Shown here in pieces: positions 49,208-62,684 of a DNA stretch of 64,000 nucleotides (position 1 is its first letter; every line of letters starts with the position of its first letter). A program made the position numbers and the translations under genes. Where the stretch lies: the NCBI GenBank assembly GCA_973895155.1, contig OZ316892.1, positions 9,714,283 to 9,778,282 on the forward strand, given 5' to 3'. A model generated the notes under the pieces. That model saw nothing but the letters and a program-made list of their open reading frames with translations. It had not been told where the DNA came from and did no database searches. Source of the stretch: Marsupella aquatica. Its lineage: Eukaryota > Plantae > Marchantiophyta.

Positions 49208-50261
49208 TTGTAGTCCACCTACGGAAGCAAGTACGTGAGTGGAACCGAGATTTTAATTTCTAGTGGAGTCGATGATGCCACAAAGCGGTGATCAATGTGT
49301 ACAACACAACTGTAATCTTAGATACAATTTTGAATTCAATTTTTCAACAACGGTTGTCTAAATTGAGTAGTATTAGTTTCAATGGAAATTTTGTGGAGGC
49401 CTGATTCTTGCAATTTTACGAGATCAACGGCCGGAAGGCCAAAATTGGCATATATATGTATATATATGTCATATGGCACTCTACAGTGCATATGCCTATG
49501 ATATTAGTATGCTCCCCTTGCATTCAGATGGTGACACTATCAGCCAGTGATGTATTCGCCATGCTTTACAGAGTTACTGTCTGAACTTTTCACAATTGTC
49601 GTATACAAGTCGGCATGACTTGTATCTGTCCATACGTAGCGGTCCAGATGCTAAAATTCAAGTCCAGAGCACTACAGACAATCTGATAGCAAGCCAAGAG
49701 AGGAGAGTCTGGGCCACAATAGGAGACAATGTATGACATGAGACATGTTCCAGAATTTTGAGTGGCATTTACACTAAACGTGTACAATTGAGGGACATGC
49801 AAGAAACATGGTTTACCTTTAAGCAATGAAATGGGCAAGGTGAGTACCGACATGGACACATGTAATCTACAATAACGTCCGAGCCCTTACTACTGAATAA
49901 ATGGATTCCAAGTAGCGACGATCCTTGTACCATAGTCATAAACCCGTTAACAAATCATATCTTCAAGTTATGTCTCAAGTCCAAAGAAAGTAACTAGAAA
50001 ACTAGTGGAAAGAGAATATCTAGGAATTCTCGAAGCTTGCACCTACAACGACACAATTTCTGTGAATGCCTCTTAGGTTGTCTTACCTGAAAGTCATAAT
50101 CACCAAGGAAGAAAGGAGAGGAGCGGACTAAAGAAGGAACCCAGTCAAGCACAAAGCTGAATGTATGGGCAAAGGATTACCACTGCATTTTCCAATAAAG
50201 TTCCTGTAGGGAGGCTCAAGAACAACGCAATTCCTTCCACAAACGAGCACGGTTTTCTCGC

Positions 50262-53200
50262 TTAGGGTTTTGTCACGCAAAGATTCAAGAACCTATCATA
50301 AGTATAGGTATGAGCGGTGGAGATGTTTGATATTTCCACTGTCCTGCCTTTATAGTAAACCTTTCTGACGGTAGACGACGCCAGTTCCACTTTGAATTGA
50401 AGACTGGCCTCCACAAGGATGCCTTGGACCCACGTGATTGACACCGTCACAGCACCTCTGCCTCTTAGTCCAACCACTTTACCGTCAGGCCATTTGCCTT
50501 CAGGCAATGCTGGAAGCAGATACACTGTGGTTGCATCTGATTGTAGTAACATTTCTGCAATTGCAGCCGTGAACCTGCATAGCCACCAACCCATCTTGAC
50601 TGATAAACATACTTATCAAAGTGCTTCGCTCTGACAGCTCCTTGTTATCCTTGTAAAGGACTACTGATGACCTCACAACACATGTTTTGAAGCTATATGG
50701 ATATGCATAGTTCATCAAGTCCCATCTGCAGTTATCCGTGCTCTTTCTCATGCATACTCAACGTGAAGAAATATTGCAACTTGAGATTCTAAGCTTGTTT
50801 ATATATCTTATTTATAAAGAGCCAACTACAAGCTAGAGTTGGGGTCTAGGATTCAGTGAAGCCTCTAGATCATAAATCCATGGCCCATGGAAAACTCGTG
50901 GCTACGATTTATGTCAAATGATAATTATCTATGTTTTTTGTCATGATTTTTATTTACATTCAAAAAATGAGCTCTATGGCCCCACCATAACATATGTGCA
51001 TTAAAAGAGGGATGTGTATAGAAAGGAGGGATGGTAGGTTATGTATGATTGTTAAAATGATGAACTTGCATGATGCTTGTTTTATCATTTCATTAAACTT
51101 CAAAGAATGTGAATGTGAATATACTTTGGTGACACTTTTATTGTCACCTCCGCTATTCATGTTCAAAGAATGGGTAGTCAGGGCTAGTATATATATATCA
51201 GTTTTACGTGTAATTTACATGTAGTTCAATATGATTTGTATGGATTTTATGAATGATTACCCAGCTTTAGATAAGAATTATGGGTTTAGTTTAGAATGGA
51301 GTTCAACCATATTTGTTGAATTCTGATGTGCAGACTTGAGCGAGGGCCTTGTGTTTGTCATTTGCGACAAATGTCCTGTAGAATAGAATCTACTATAGTT
51401 GAGGGAATGATACTCATGAAGAAAACGCTCGCCATACATAAATCGGAGCTTAGCTACGAGGGGGTCAAGTGATTACCCAAAATTTCCATCGATTTGGAAG
51501 GGAGGGTGTGCATTCAGAAGGTTGCCATACAATCCGCCTCCATCCATGGATTCTTCGGTCTGTGTGGGACCAATCAGGTTAAACATTCTTACAACCATAC
51601 TATACGCATGCTCGCTGTTCCACAAACGCGCCCACAGAGCATTCTTCCACGCCATGGACCAGCCAGGACCTGCTTCTCCTGTAATTCATTCACAGCAGCA
51701 GAAACGTCATTAGATGCTCCACTTCGATCCTGAATATGCCTCATGCCCATCTGGGCTACTTGCAAACACTCTGATATATTCCTTAAAGGTTGAAAACAAC
51801 ACCAATTTCCGGGTCCAGCAGACGAGTGACATTGCTTGATTTTAACTACTGTGACGCAATCAGATCAAAATTATAAATTGTCTGGTCTGCTGGAGGTGTG
51901 GAAGGGATAGATATGTTCTATGTCCGAAGAAATATGACCCTACACTTACCTCGTTTGATCATACTCTTTGTTGCAGCTTCGCAGAGTTCTGGGGTTGCTT
52001 GTAGGGTCAGAGTATGTCCTGGATAGAGACCGAATAAGTGGGACATGTGACGATGTTTCACTTCAGTATCGATGAACTCGTCCCCCTAGACCAGAACGAC
52101 AACAAAATCGATGATGAATTTAGTAATGGAAATGCAGTGAGCACACAAAGGGTGAATTGTCTTAGAAGCAAAGCCAAAATCACTTCACGTAAATGCTTGT
52201 CCACTAACCATGCAGGTTAAGAATGAACAGGTGTCTACTTTGTTGGCATCAAACTTGAAGGGCTGAGTGAATGTTAGTAAAGATATTCTCACCCATTCCA
52301 GGAGGCACCCATCACTTGTAAGCTTAACTGGACAGAGTTTACCAAGAGTACATTTGAGTCTGCCTATAAACTCCTCGTCAATACTTTCCAATATCTGGAG
52401 GTGCACATGAATGGAGGACACAATCAGTTCATCAAACTCTACACACTGGCCCAAGATGAACTTATCAACCGTGCTCCTTGGCAACACACATACAATCGCA
52501 TTGTTGAGATCTCCGAAAAAATGGACAATTTGAGGTCCTAATTAGCTGACTAAAGACGAACCTATAGCAGCACTCCCAATCACGCCAAAGGCCCCCTCAA
52601 TTTCAAACACCACAACTGCATAGGGAAACACATACTTTAGCTGCTTCAATGAGAGAATTGAAAACTTCTCGAATGATAGCCAAGTCCATAGCTGTGGCAT
52701 AAGACACACTCGCCCCCTGCCCAGTGTCTGGAGATATAAAGTAATGTTCTGGAGAAGTGGAAGGATTTGTGATGAGCGTCCCATTGTTATCGTCTATGAG
52801 CCAGCCAAGCAAGAATTCAGCACAGCCTCTTAAAATTGGATAGGCGCGCTCCTTCAGAAATGTCTGCCATTATAAAGCAATTGGGATGTTACAAACGATT
52901 GCCTGCCACAGCCAATGTTTGACTCATGTGATCACATAAAGCAGCAAAGAAGATTTTGAACAGACATTACTGTCCTGAAATTGGAATTACAAAAACCCAA
53001 CTTTAACCTCCTCACCTTATCTAAGCAGAAAGAGTAGTGCTCCCAAAGGTGAAGGCTCAGCCACGCTCCACCCATTGGCCAAAGGGCCCAGACTGGGTCC
53101 TCAGCCACTGGAGCAGTCTGCCCCCAGATATCGACATTATGATGACCCACCCATCCTTCCAGACCATAGTTCACCTGCAAACACACGGGATTTTCTAGAA

Positions 53201-56200
53201 TAAAACTTAGTAAAGACACAATGACTAAGGATGAGCCACAGATCAAATTACAAACCCACATGGCATAAGATTCCAAAGTCGTCCTCAAAAGTTTCACACT
53301 ATGATGTCACAAGACAAGCTTAAAGAATATGACTACATAAAAATTAGAACTCTGATAGCAAAATAGCTAATCGGAAGAAGTGGATAATATGAATGGCTGC
53401 TCACTTGCGCTGTACTGTGGCCAGTTATGGCCATGGTGGCAAGTTGATCAAAGAGAGGAAGATGACACTCAGACAGGTTGCAGACCTCCGCAGGCCAGTA
53501 ATTCATCGGCAAATTGATGTTGATGTGAGGCACACACCTGCAACACCCATGATTTGTTACGAAAATAGAAAAGGTTTCAGAAGTTCTATCTAAGCGAGAA
53601 CACTCCTGAATTTCATGACACAACTAGTAGAAGTACAATATTGCTACAATGGAGGACCTCAGCGTACTCAACAAATCTGTAGCTGAAGGAGCTAGCATAT
53701 GCGAGACATTTTTCCGAATTCTATGCAAAGCAGACTAAAAAACCGGCACTGTCACCTTCCTTTCCACAAAAAATACGAAGCCAAGTTTGACCTTCCCTTT
53801 TCCTACTTTCTGGGGGAAGAGAAGAACCTCCAAGGCGGGTTTAGCTCCTTATTCCAAATTCCTTGCAAATTGGAGATGAAAGTGCCAGGGCGCGAGCTTG
53901 CCAACATAAGATAGCGACCAAACTGAAACAGGAGAATCACCATGCGAGGATCTTGATTGTCCTTAAATCTCTCCACTCTGTCTGACGTCGATAATTTTGT
54001 CTTGGCTTTACCAGCACTTTCTCCTCCAACCCTGCGACTACTTCGACCAACTGACAAATCGCCATGACTCCTCTTGGAGTGAATCGTGAGTTCTCTTTCA
54101 ATGTTCCTCCTACCAGATCCAGCGCTCCATTCTCGTGCATCTACAACGTTTGATCCGCTCTGTAAAAAATTCTTGCAAAACCCTTTGGATGTTGGCAACG
54201 AGAGCGACACTCGTTCGAACAGCAACTGATAATCCTTCAAATGATCCTGAAGCAAGTCGTCATAAGATGAGTTCTCTACCCTCTTCAGAACATCTAAGAT
54301 TATCGTTGATGGATCTTTCCCTTCTGTGTTCGGGTGCTTGAATGGACCATCAAATCCCGTTTGAGCTGCTAGCAGAACTACTACCCAGTCAGCCTTTGTT
54401 ACACGGAGGGTCTGATCCCCAACAGCTTCAATTACTCCGTTGTCATCACCACTCCGTACCTCAAGCAGAGCTGCAAAGGCCATTCCCACTCCAGTCACAG
54501 TGTCGAAAACAACGTCTCCAGGGGCATGACCTTTCACTAGAATCTGGTTCGAGTTAAGCACCTGACTTCCTTCCTGGAGTGGGCTGCTTAGCGTCAATGC
54601 GAGGGACACAGACCTGGGCTTATCCGCAGAGATCTTCACCACCAGAACTTGGTGAGGTTGTGAGATGAAGTACTCTCTAGTGTATGTGATGTCCTCCACA
54701 GAGTAAGTCACTGTCGAAGTTGCCCTCTCCACGTCCAGATATCTGTGGTAGCTCTCAACATCAAATGACTTGTGTGCCTCCCCAAAGTCCAACGTTATGT
54801 CACCCAATGGTTGATAAACCTTCCATCATAACACAAAAGTTTGAAATGAGTTTAGAACATCATGAACCCTTAAAATCGGAATATTTCATAAATTTAATCA
54901 TAAAAATTAAGATCTCACAACATCTGCAATGACAGAAAGCCCCGTGAAACCTTATCAATTCCATGCAGCAAGCACTTGGATGGCCAAACAAGAAGGAAAA
55001 ACCTGATTTTCATTGCAGGGTTAGCAAAGTTTACCTGACAATATGGGCCCAGCATTTGCAGTGATAAATTGGTGGCCTGTGAGTAATGACCCTGGAACAC
55101 TAGATCTCTTACTTGGGGCAATATATCTTTTGCATATGGATTGTTCCAGTTTTTTGGTCCACCCGACCACAATGTATCATCTGCGAACATTGTTTTCAGT
55201 CAGTAGATGCAGGACCTAACCTGGTGGCCATCCATCCTTTCACGGAAACAGGACTGACAGAAGATCAGAGGGGAGAATCAACACTGAGAGTCTCCAACTG
55301 TAATTCATCCGCAGTCTTCATACTAGGGATTCCCCCGCGAAAAACAAGACACTTCGAAGTAGAGATCTACGAATGTTGCCGATTTAATGAAATTCGCTCT
55401 CAAGTCTGCCGAGTGTGATTCAAAGAATCTTGCTATCATTTAATGAAATTTAGCGTGAAATGTAAACTTCGTTGTGCCGCTATCATGAGAGAAAGTCATA
55501 AACTCTAGCTGCTACAAACTTCACTTTCATAAGCGGCAACAAAAGCAGTCACTAAATATCACATTAGGAGTACAAACTTCGCCCATATTTGGGATACGTG
55601 GAAACCATCAAATTAAATATATATATAGAGGAGACCCGAAATGCCCTACTATCTCTCTGCAGGAAGCCTCCCCTGTAACCACATCTTTAACTAGGAGTCA
55701 AAACACCAATGCCCTTTGGAGGCACGACAATTGATACATTGGAAGTACAAACACTGTAATCGTGGGTAGACTTTGAACATTGAAAAACGCGGCAAGAAGA
55801 ATTCTCGCTTTGTATTAGGACATTGAACGTAATACTAATATTTAGCAACATTATGAGCTAACCAAACATGGCAATTGAGAAAGCACTGTTCGGACAATAA
55901 TTGCTACAAGTTTCTTCACAGAACTGGCATCAAACGAGGAATATATGATGCCAGGGAATTATTGACAGACATTGCCAGTCAGAGAGCTCACCGTTGAGCT
56001 GCAGAAGGTCGCAAGGTACGCCTCCAAAAACCATTGCTCCAAGTCTTCCGTTGCCCAGAGGAAGAGCCTGAGTCCAGTACTCAGCTGGCTCGTAGAACTC
56101 CACCTTCAAAAGTTCATCTGCCTCTTCCGCTTCCGCTTCCTTCCCCTCCCCCTCCTCCCCACTCCCGCCTCTAGACCGCCTACCCTGACTGCTTCCTTCT

Positions 56201-56295
56201 CCTGAGTAGCCCCCAACCTCTTCCGAAGCAGAGGGTGTCTCCACAATCACCCATTCGCTCTCAGCATCAGACGAATCAGCGTGTGACATCTCCAT
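50262..56295 (-). CDS. FUC95A: Glycoside hydrolase family 95 alpha-1,2-L-fucosidase (FUC95A/AXY8-like); 10 exons (56295-55992, 55180-55035, 54819-53828, 53537-53405, 53174-53016, 52863-52636, 52394-52293, 52085-51950, 51678-51477, 50574-50262)
   Basis: [89 protein letters not shown] and LLPALP; phase-consistent introns. Confidence 0.95.
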
Positions 56296-56762
56296 CACTT
56301 CTAATTTCTCCTGCTCTCCTGCTCTCCTCTCTTGAGATCCGGATCAGGTTGAGAGCAAAGCATCTGACCCATCAGCCACGCTGACCTCTCCTCCACTCCT
56401 AATTTCTCCTGCTCTCCTGCTCAGGTTGAGAAGGAAGAGAATTTGCTCAGATTATCATAAGATATATAAGTCATTCAAAGCACATATTACAACAATGAAA
56501 TTCTTACTTACCAAAGATACGTACCAAAGACCAAGGATGATTGTAGTCATTGGGGACGCTTGCCACCTCCACAACTGAGGGCATCTCAGGCTATTTTGAG
56601 CATGGGTAGGTCCGGCTCATCTACCTGTGTTCAATCTAAAGGTTGGAATTCATCACATGGAGGGGAGATGAAACCACTGTCACCTAATGCAACAGCATGA
56701 ACCCCTCCAAATGACTTTCAGATGGAGGAAAGATCAAAACAATATTCCTAGAATCGTCTGCA

Positions 56763-58493
56763 TCACCGAGTTATTGAGTACGACTTGTCCTTGGGAATGG
56801 CTTGAAGCAGGGTAAGCTCAAAGAGCTCACATCTGATGGGCATTTCCACTTCGTAGAATGGATTCTTCAACACATAATCAGCATAGAGTTCATAAATGGT
56901 TTTAAGCAAATTCGGTACGCCCGGTGCTCCAGGTTCAGTTGCAACAAACAGTTTTGTACCTGGACAATATCAATATAAAACGTTTCAATTCAGACCGAAA
57001 GAGCTCGAAATAAATAGTAATAAGAAACGTGGATATAAATAACCATACGATAGACCATGTACCCAATCACGCAGGCATGTAATAGATTTTGCCAATAGAT
57101 CCAAGTTCGTTGAAAAGGCTCATGAATTTGGAAACTAATGGTCGTGTAAATCTGTAAAATTAGTAGGCGAGGGGTTTCTCTCACCCTGCATACCTACCGA
57201 CTGAATGTATTCTATTAGGCATCCAGACCTATTTCTTCGGACGTGAGAGACAAGGAGATAAAAATTATCTTACCTTCTAGTCTAGGACATTTTTCCCTCA
57301 TATTCAACAGTTCAATGACCAAGAAAGAACACTCAGCAACGTCACACATTTCAAAGCTTGAGAACATGCATAATGTGCACTTAATTGAAAAATAGTATCG
57401 CCATGCTTACATCTGTACAGATGGGATCTAGTGACAGAAGTTGTTATGCAATTTGGACAACCCGGGTACACCAAACTGAAAGTTGAGCATCCTTACGGGT
57501 GACACGAGCGTAAATTATGCATTCCATATCATCTAAAGTGGACCAAATCTAATGAGCCCACAGAGTCAGTGTTGTTATCCTTGATGCAAGTGGAAATCTG
57601 GCCAGTGATCCGATCAGTGTGCTACTTTTGACGTCACCTACTGTAGAGGTTTTCTAATAGATCGTCACTAATGAATTGTCCACTCCGTGAAAATGAAGTC
57701 CACGAGACATTAGAAACTCTAATAGGCATGATAACAACTAGACGACCATGGTAAAATCATTCGCTACGGACAACGGCCGTCCATCACAATGTGTGTCTTG
57801 GTTCTATTCTGCATCTGATCCTACAATTCCAAGGAAGTAGCCGTTAGAAACAGTGATGCGTGGGAAAGGTCAGGTCGACGGTACCTGTAAGCGACTGGAA
57901 GCAGTGAAGATCAAATGTATCGGCCTCCAGAACTTCAATCCCAGTGCAGCCTGGTGTAGGAGAAAGCTGAACCGAAATCGCATGCAACGAGTGCCAGAGA
58001 CTCGCTAGTCTCAAACTGTCATTAGTGTCCAACCGTCCCGTGGAACCATAATCCTGCCACATGAGTGACCACCCTAGATTACAACAACAGCCACTATTAC
58101 AAATAAGCAAGGCACTGCTCGCCACTTGGTTAAAAAGGAGACCAGACCCGGCTTTGGCTTAATTAGTCAGTATCAGGACTATAGTATATTTCACTCCACC
58201 AGCTAATCTAGTACTCAGGACCGAACGGTCAATTGGGCTCTAACTAGTTGGTCACTGACAGGGATTCACTTCATGGTGGTTTTACGACCTTTTCCAGCAT
58301 TCCCCTTGCAGAGGCTCGGACAAAGAGATAGATTTAAACTGCACTTGGGGAAGCTCTTGTCCAGGACCCTGAAGAATAGACTTGTGAGGTCGATCGAATG
58401 TCGGAAGGAGATATTTTGATAAAACTGACATACCTTGTAGAAGCTGAGGCCGCCGGACTTGTTAATGACGAAAAGATTATATATACTTGCCAT
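56763..58493 (-). CDS. TRAPPC4: Trafficking protein particle complex subunit 4 (TRS23/synbindin), 141 aa; exons 58493-58434, 58053-57885, 56959-56763
   Basis: [40 protein letters not shown] and [25 protein letters not shown]. Confidence 0.93.
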
Positions 58494-58754
58494 CCGTATG
58501 AGCTCGCAGCTGAACCACTGTTCGACTAGTGGAAAGAGACGGACAGGCGGGGCAGCAATGGCGCTCTCTAGCAAGAGCCCAGACTGGCCAAGACATAAGC
58601 AGACAGCGTTTCATGCAGGTTAGAAGCCTGAATCGTAAGCTTGCTGACACGGTATCCAACCGGAACCAACTTATGAACAGGACAGATTGGAAACAGAGGA
58701 AGAAAGCTGAGATTCGGAAAAGCATGATCCGATTTCGGGTCCTAAATTACAATA

Positions 58755-60440
58755 AAGGAGACGCTGGAAAGTCAAGTGTATACCAAAACGACAAAAACGC
58801 CGAACGGAGAGATAGGATCCCACAGCCAAAAGACCCAATAATAAAAGGAGGGGAAAAGGGACCCAATAAAGGGAGGGACAAGGGAAAGACCCCATGAGAC
58901 CAAACAAGCCAAAGAGTCCCCCACAAGGCCACAATGAGTCCCCCACAAGGCCACAATGAGTCCCCCACACAGCAACAAAAGTGCGAACTGAAAGTCAGGC
59001 AGTGTCCCAAAGTACAGAAACCCACCAGCTCACGTTTATTTTTGCACGAGGTGAGGGGAGTGCAGAGCACATTTGAGTGATATGTCCCCAACTTGCAGCT
59101 TCTTTCTCCACTAAAACTTGATGAGTTATAGGATGGCCGTCTGGTCTATGGTTACTTTTAGCCTGTGACCAGAAGGTGAGGAATGCTTGAGTGCAAGAAG
59201 CTTTTTTGAGCTTTCTTGGAGCATGGTTCAAGCTAGAACCCTTGCTCAGACTTCCATTATAGTACTTAACTAGTGTTTGGAAAAAAATTACTTCCAGGAA
59301 AGAGATTATGGGAATGTCAGATACCTCTAAAAATTGTTACACCCGTAACCTGCATTCCCTATAGGAATTACGACAGGCAAACTTAAATTATGTGGTCAAG
59401 GGAATAGGTGACTCAATCAGGTCAGAAGAGCATCTCTTGCTAGAGTCCTTTCTTACTCATTGTAACTATCTTCCATGGCCAACTGAAAAGCAACCTGACA
59501 AGATAATTTTCCTAAAGAACAAGTGTAAGCATCTGACAACAACACTGGCTTGAAATCTTGAAAATAGATCAGATCCCTAAGTAACAGGTATGAGCATCTG
59601 ACAACAACTCTGGATTGAAATCTTGAAACTCAACAATCAACCCAATAAGGAGTAAAGAACTACATAATCTCTTCCATATACCAATGCAGTAACCAAAACA
59701 CCCGTCCCTGAAAACCCAATAAAGTTCCATGGAGTGGGCTAGACCTGACTTCTTGCATTTTCTTTACTAGGTTGGTCAACATAGGGTCACAGTAACAAAA
59801 TCCCATTGGGTTGAAGATGCTTTAACAATGAACTTGAGGCTTGCCACTAAACTTTAAAAGGGCAGACAGAAGTCCCAAGGTTAAAACTTACAGAGTCACA
59901 GAAGTTTTTACTGGCTAAATACTAAGTCTACTTCATTAATTGGGTGAAGGTGGAAATTTAGAGGGTAATAAAAATCTTTTATCCTGCTAAGTACTAAGCA
60001 CTTCATTTTGGACGTACCTTTAGCTTTATCTTGATGATCAAAATTGCTGAACCGGGAGGTGGGAGATTGAAACTGCTAGTGTAAAGATAGAGTTTTTTGG
60101 GCACTGAAAAAGTAATCAATTAGACCTTTTTGAGGGTAGCAAACCGTGGTGGTTTCATTTGTACTCCTTTTTCAGGTCGTGGCCCACTAGGGTGTTCGTC
60201 TTCTAGGCCACTTAGTGGTATCTTTGGTTTTAGTTCCATTTTAGCGGCTTCTTGGGTAGTTGGACCTCTTTGGTCGTGTTGAGGCCTTTTCCCCTTCCCT
60301 TTCCCTCCATTTATGGGTTGCTTTGCCTTTGGGTTGCTTTGCCTTTTGGACCCTCTCTCCCAGTTTGCTACTTTTGGACTGTGATATCTCTTTTTTCGGG
60401 TTTGACCTGTCTTGCTTTTATTCCATCGTACTTTGTTTGG
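58755..60440. mobile_element. Possible old element with long degenerate inverted arms (58755-58995 versus 60230-60440), Mutator/foldback-like
   Basis: Colinear motif similarity by eye between the left arm and the reverse complement of the right arm (ACG.TGGAA, GAGATA..CACAG.CCAAAAG, ACCCA.TAAA.GGAGGGA, CCAAAGAG.TCC, GAACT.AAA). No TSD identified. Confidence 0.35.
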
Positions 60441-60819
60441 CCCTCGTCTTTCTTTCATGATTAAGTGGTGTGCATCTTCTCGAACACTGCGAACGCAAAT
60501 CCATGTCGTCATCTACAGTAGTCGAGATAGCAAAGGTAGACATTCAATCAATCAAACGCAGGCTGCATGTAATGTGGACGATCTTAAATCAAGAGCCTTC
60601 CAGGGAAGGGATCGTTGCGTTCGGCTCCATCCTCGATACCTGAAGCTTTAGTCCCTCGGTTTTTGTTTGCTTAGTGTACCTGATTGAATTCAATGTTCCA
60701 GAGAATCGCTCAGCTCCCAACGCTTCAGGCCTTATCAAGAGCAATTCGTTTTTGCGACGATGGAATTGTGACCTGAGGATTTGTCAATTAGTATATAGAC
60801 TGGACGAAGAGACACTGAG

Positions 60820-61305
60820 TATGTAGAGAGCCACCCTTGCAGCTGTTTCCTGGCTTCAAGTGTTACTAGATCCGCAGAGCTTCAATTCTATCTGAGAAAA
60901 AGGGAACGTTGATGTTGGCACCGAGCTTCAATTCCAGTCGAGCAGAATTGAAATACCCAGCTCCCCCTCTCTCCAACTCTAGTTAAGATCAATTTGCTTT
61001 ATCAGGATGGAATTTAACCTGTGGATGAACTAAGAAATTTCAAGACTTATCGAAGAGTTACGAGCATACAAGAGAGTTCCTTGTGCTGTTGTTTTACTGG
61101 CTTCAAGTGTTTTGTGCATCCGATTGCTTCAATTCCCACTTGAGAAGAAAGGACGGAGTGACTCGCAGTGTAGATTTTTTCCGCTTGAGAAGAATTGAAG
61201 GAGTGAGTTGGAGGGGAGTGACCGAGCATACAAGAGAGACCCGTTTGCTGTTGTTTCCTGGCTTCAAGCATTTGTGCATCCCATGGCTTCAATTCTTGAT
61301 TGAGA
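60820..61305. repeat. Degenerate ~160-bp direct repeats upstream of the dioxygenase
   Basis: GAGCATACAAGAGAG..GCTGTTGTTT..TGGCTTCAAG..TTTGTGCATCC..GCTTCAATTC at ~61062 and ~61224, with a weaker copy at ~60820. Confidence 0.7.
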
Positions 61306-61386
61306 GCAAGCGAAGGGGTGATTTGCAGGGTAGCTTTTATTCCAATTGAGAAGAATTGAAGGAGTCCTTCGAAGGGGAAGCGGAAA

Positions 61387-62684
61387 ATGGGACCATGGGC
61401 CGTCGAGATAGAAGAGAGACTTGAGAAGCTGGATGTAGATTCGAGCTTCGTAGTAGACCCGGAGCATCGGCCAACAGCGAGGCCCAATCCTGACGATGAC
61501 AACATTCCCTTGATAGATTTGAGCCCCTTTCTGGAATTGTTGGAGTCTTCGGAGGGTTGGACTCCCGACCAAATTGGGGAGCTCATCACCAAAGCTCTCG
61601 ATGCGAACAATGCGAGCGTCCTGCGAGGTTTGATTGATGAGGTGGGAGTGGCCTGTAAGGATTGGGGTTTCTTCCAGGTCACCGGTCATGGAGTTCCCCT
61701 CACGCTGGTGAACGACATGCAGTACATCGCCCAGGCGTTTTTCGACCTCCCTTTGGTAGAAAAGCGCAAAATTCGACGCACATTTGACAATTTCCTGGGA
61801 CACTTCGATTCGGAACTCACCAAGAACAAACGGGATTGGAAAGAGGTCGTCGACATTTCTTGTGGTGAGTCTTTGCAGCTTCCAAAGGAGGTATACGGAG
61901 ACAAAGCATCCGATGAAACCATAGTGTACTCGAATCAATGGCCGGATAACCCGGCCGGCTTCCGTGAAATTTGCGAGACGTACATTCTTGCCACGGAAAC
62001 GTTGGCGTCCCATCTCTTGGGAATCATCAGCCTCAGCTTGGGCCTGCCGTTCGAGCACTTCCACCCGAGCTTCGAAGACAACATCAGTTTTCTGCGCTTA
62101 AATTACTATTCGAAATGCCCCGTTCCTGACCTGACCCTGGGCGTGGGCAGGCACAAAGATTCGGGAGCATTGACGGTGTTCTTGCAGGATGAAGTGGGCG
62201 GGTTGCAGGTGAGTTGATCCTCACTAAACCTCAAGTCCTCAATTGCCATCATGCTGTCAGAGCCGGTTCAGACAACATTGTGACCCTGTAGACTCGATAG
62301 ATTGTATGTAGCGCCATGTGCTTCCGCTTTGATTGAAGTGACCTGGTGCAGGTGAGAAGGAAGGATGGGGAGTGGATCTCGGTGCAGCCTCGAAGAGATG
62401 CATTTGTTATCAATCTGGCAGACGTGTTTCAGGTGTGGAGCAATGACAAGTATCGCAGCATTGAGCATCGAGTGGTGGTGAATGAGAACAAAGACCGTTT
62501 CTCATTTCCTCTGTTCTACCACCCTTCTTGCAAGGCAAGTATAGAGCCTGTTAAGGAGTTGCTTGATGAGGAGCACCCACCGAAGTACCGACCGTTCTCC
62601 TTTGGCATGTTCCAGAAAACTAGAAACGATGGCAACTTCAAGGAGCTGGGAGATGACATTCAGATTCATCACTTTGCTATCTAA
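61387..62684 (+). CDS. 2-oxoglutarate/Fe(II)-dependent dioxygenase (DOXC class, At3g19000/JRG21-like); exons 61387-62208, 62352-62684
   Basis: IPLIDLS, ACKDWGFFQVTGHGV, TKNKRDWKEV, LRLNYY, HKD...H iron triad and RFS 2OG-binding motif; phase-0 intron CAG|GTGAGT...GCAG|GTG. Confidence 0.93.

Noticed and set aside
61047-62064. Long minus-strand ORFs of 211 and 266 aa
   Set aside because: Antisense shadows of the dioxygenase exon with no independent motifs.
16258-62684. Formal biosynthetic gene cluster (P450 + lipase + 2OGD)
   Set aside because: No scaffold-forming enzyme in the window, and housekeeping genes intervene over 43 kb.
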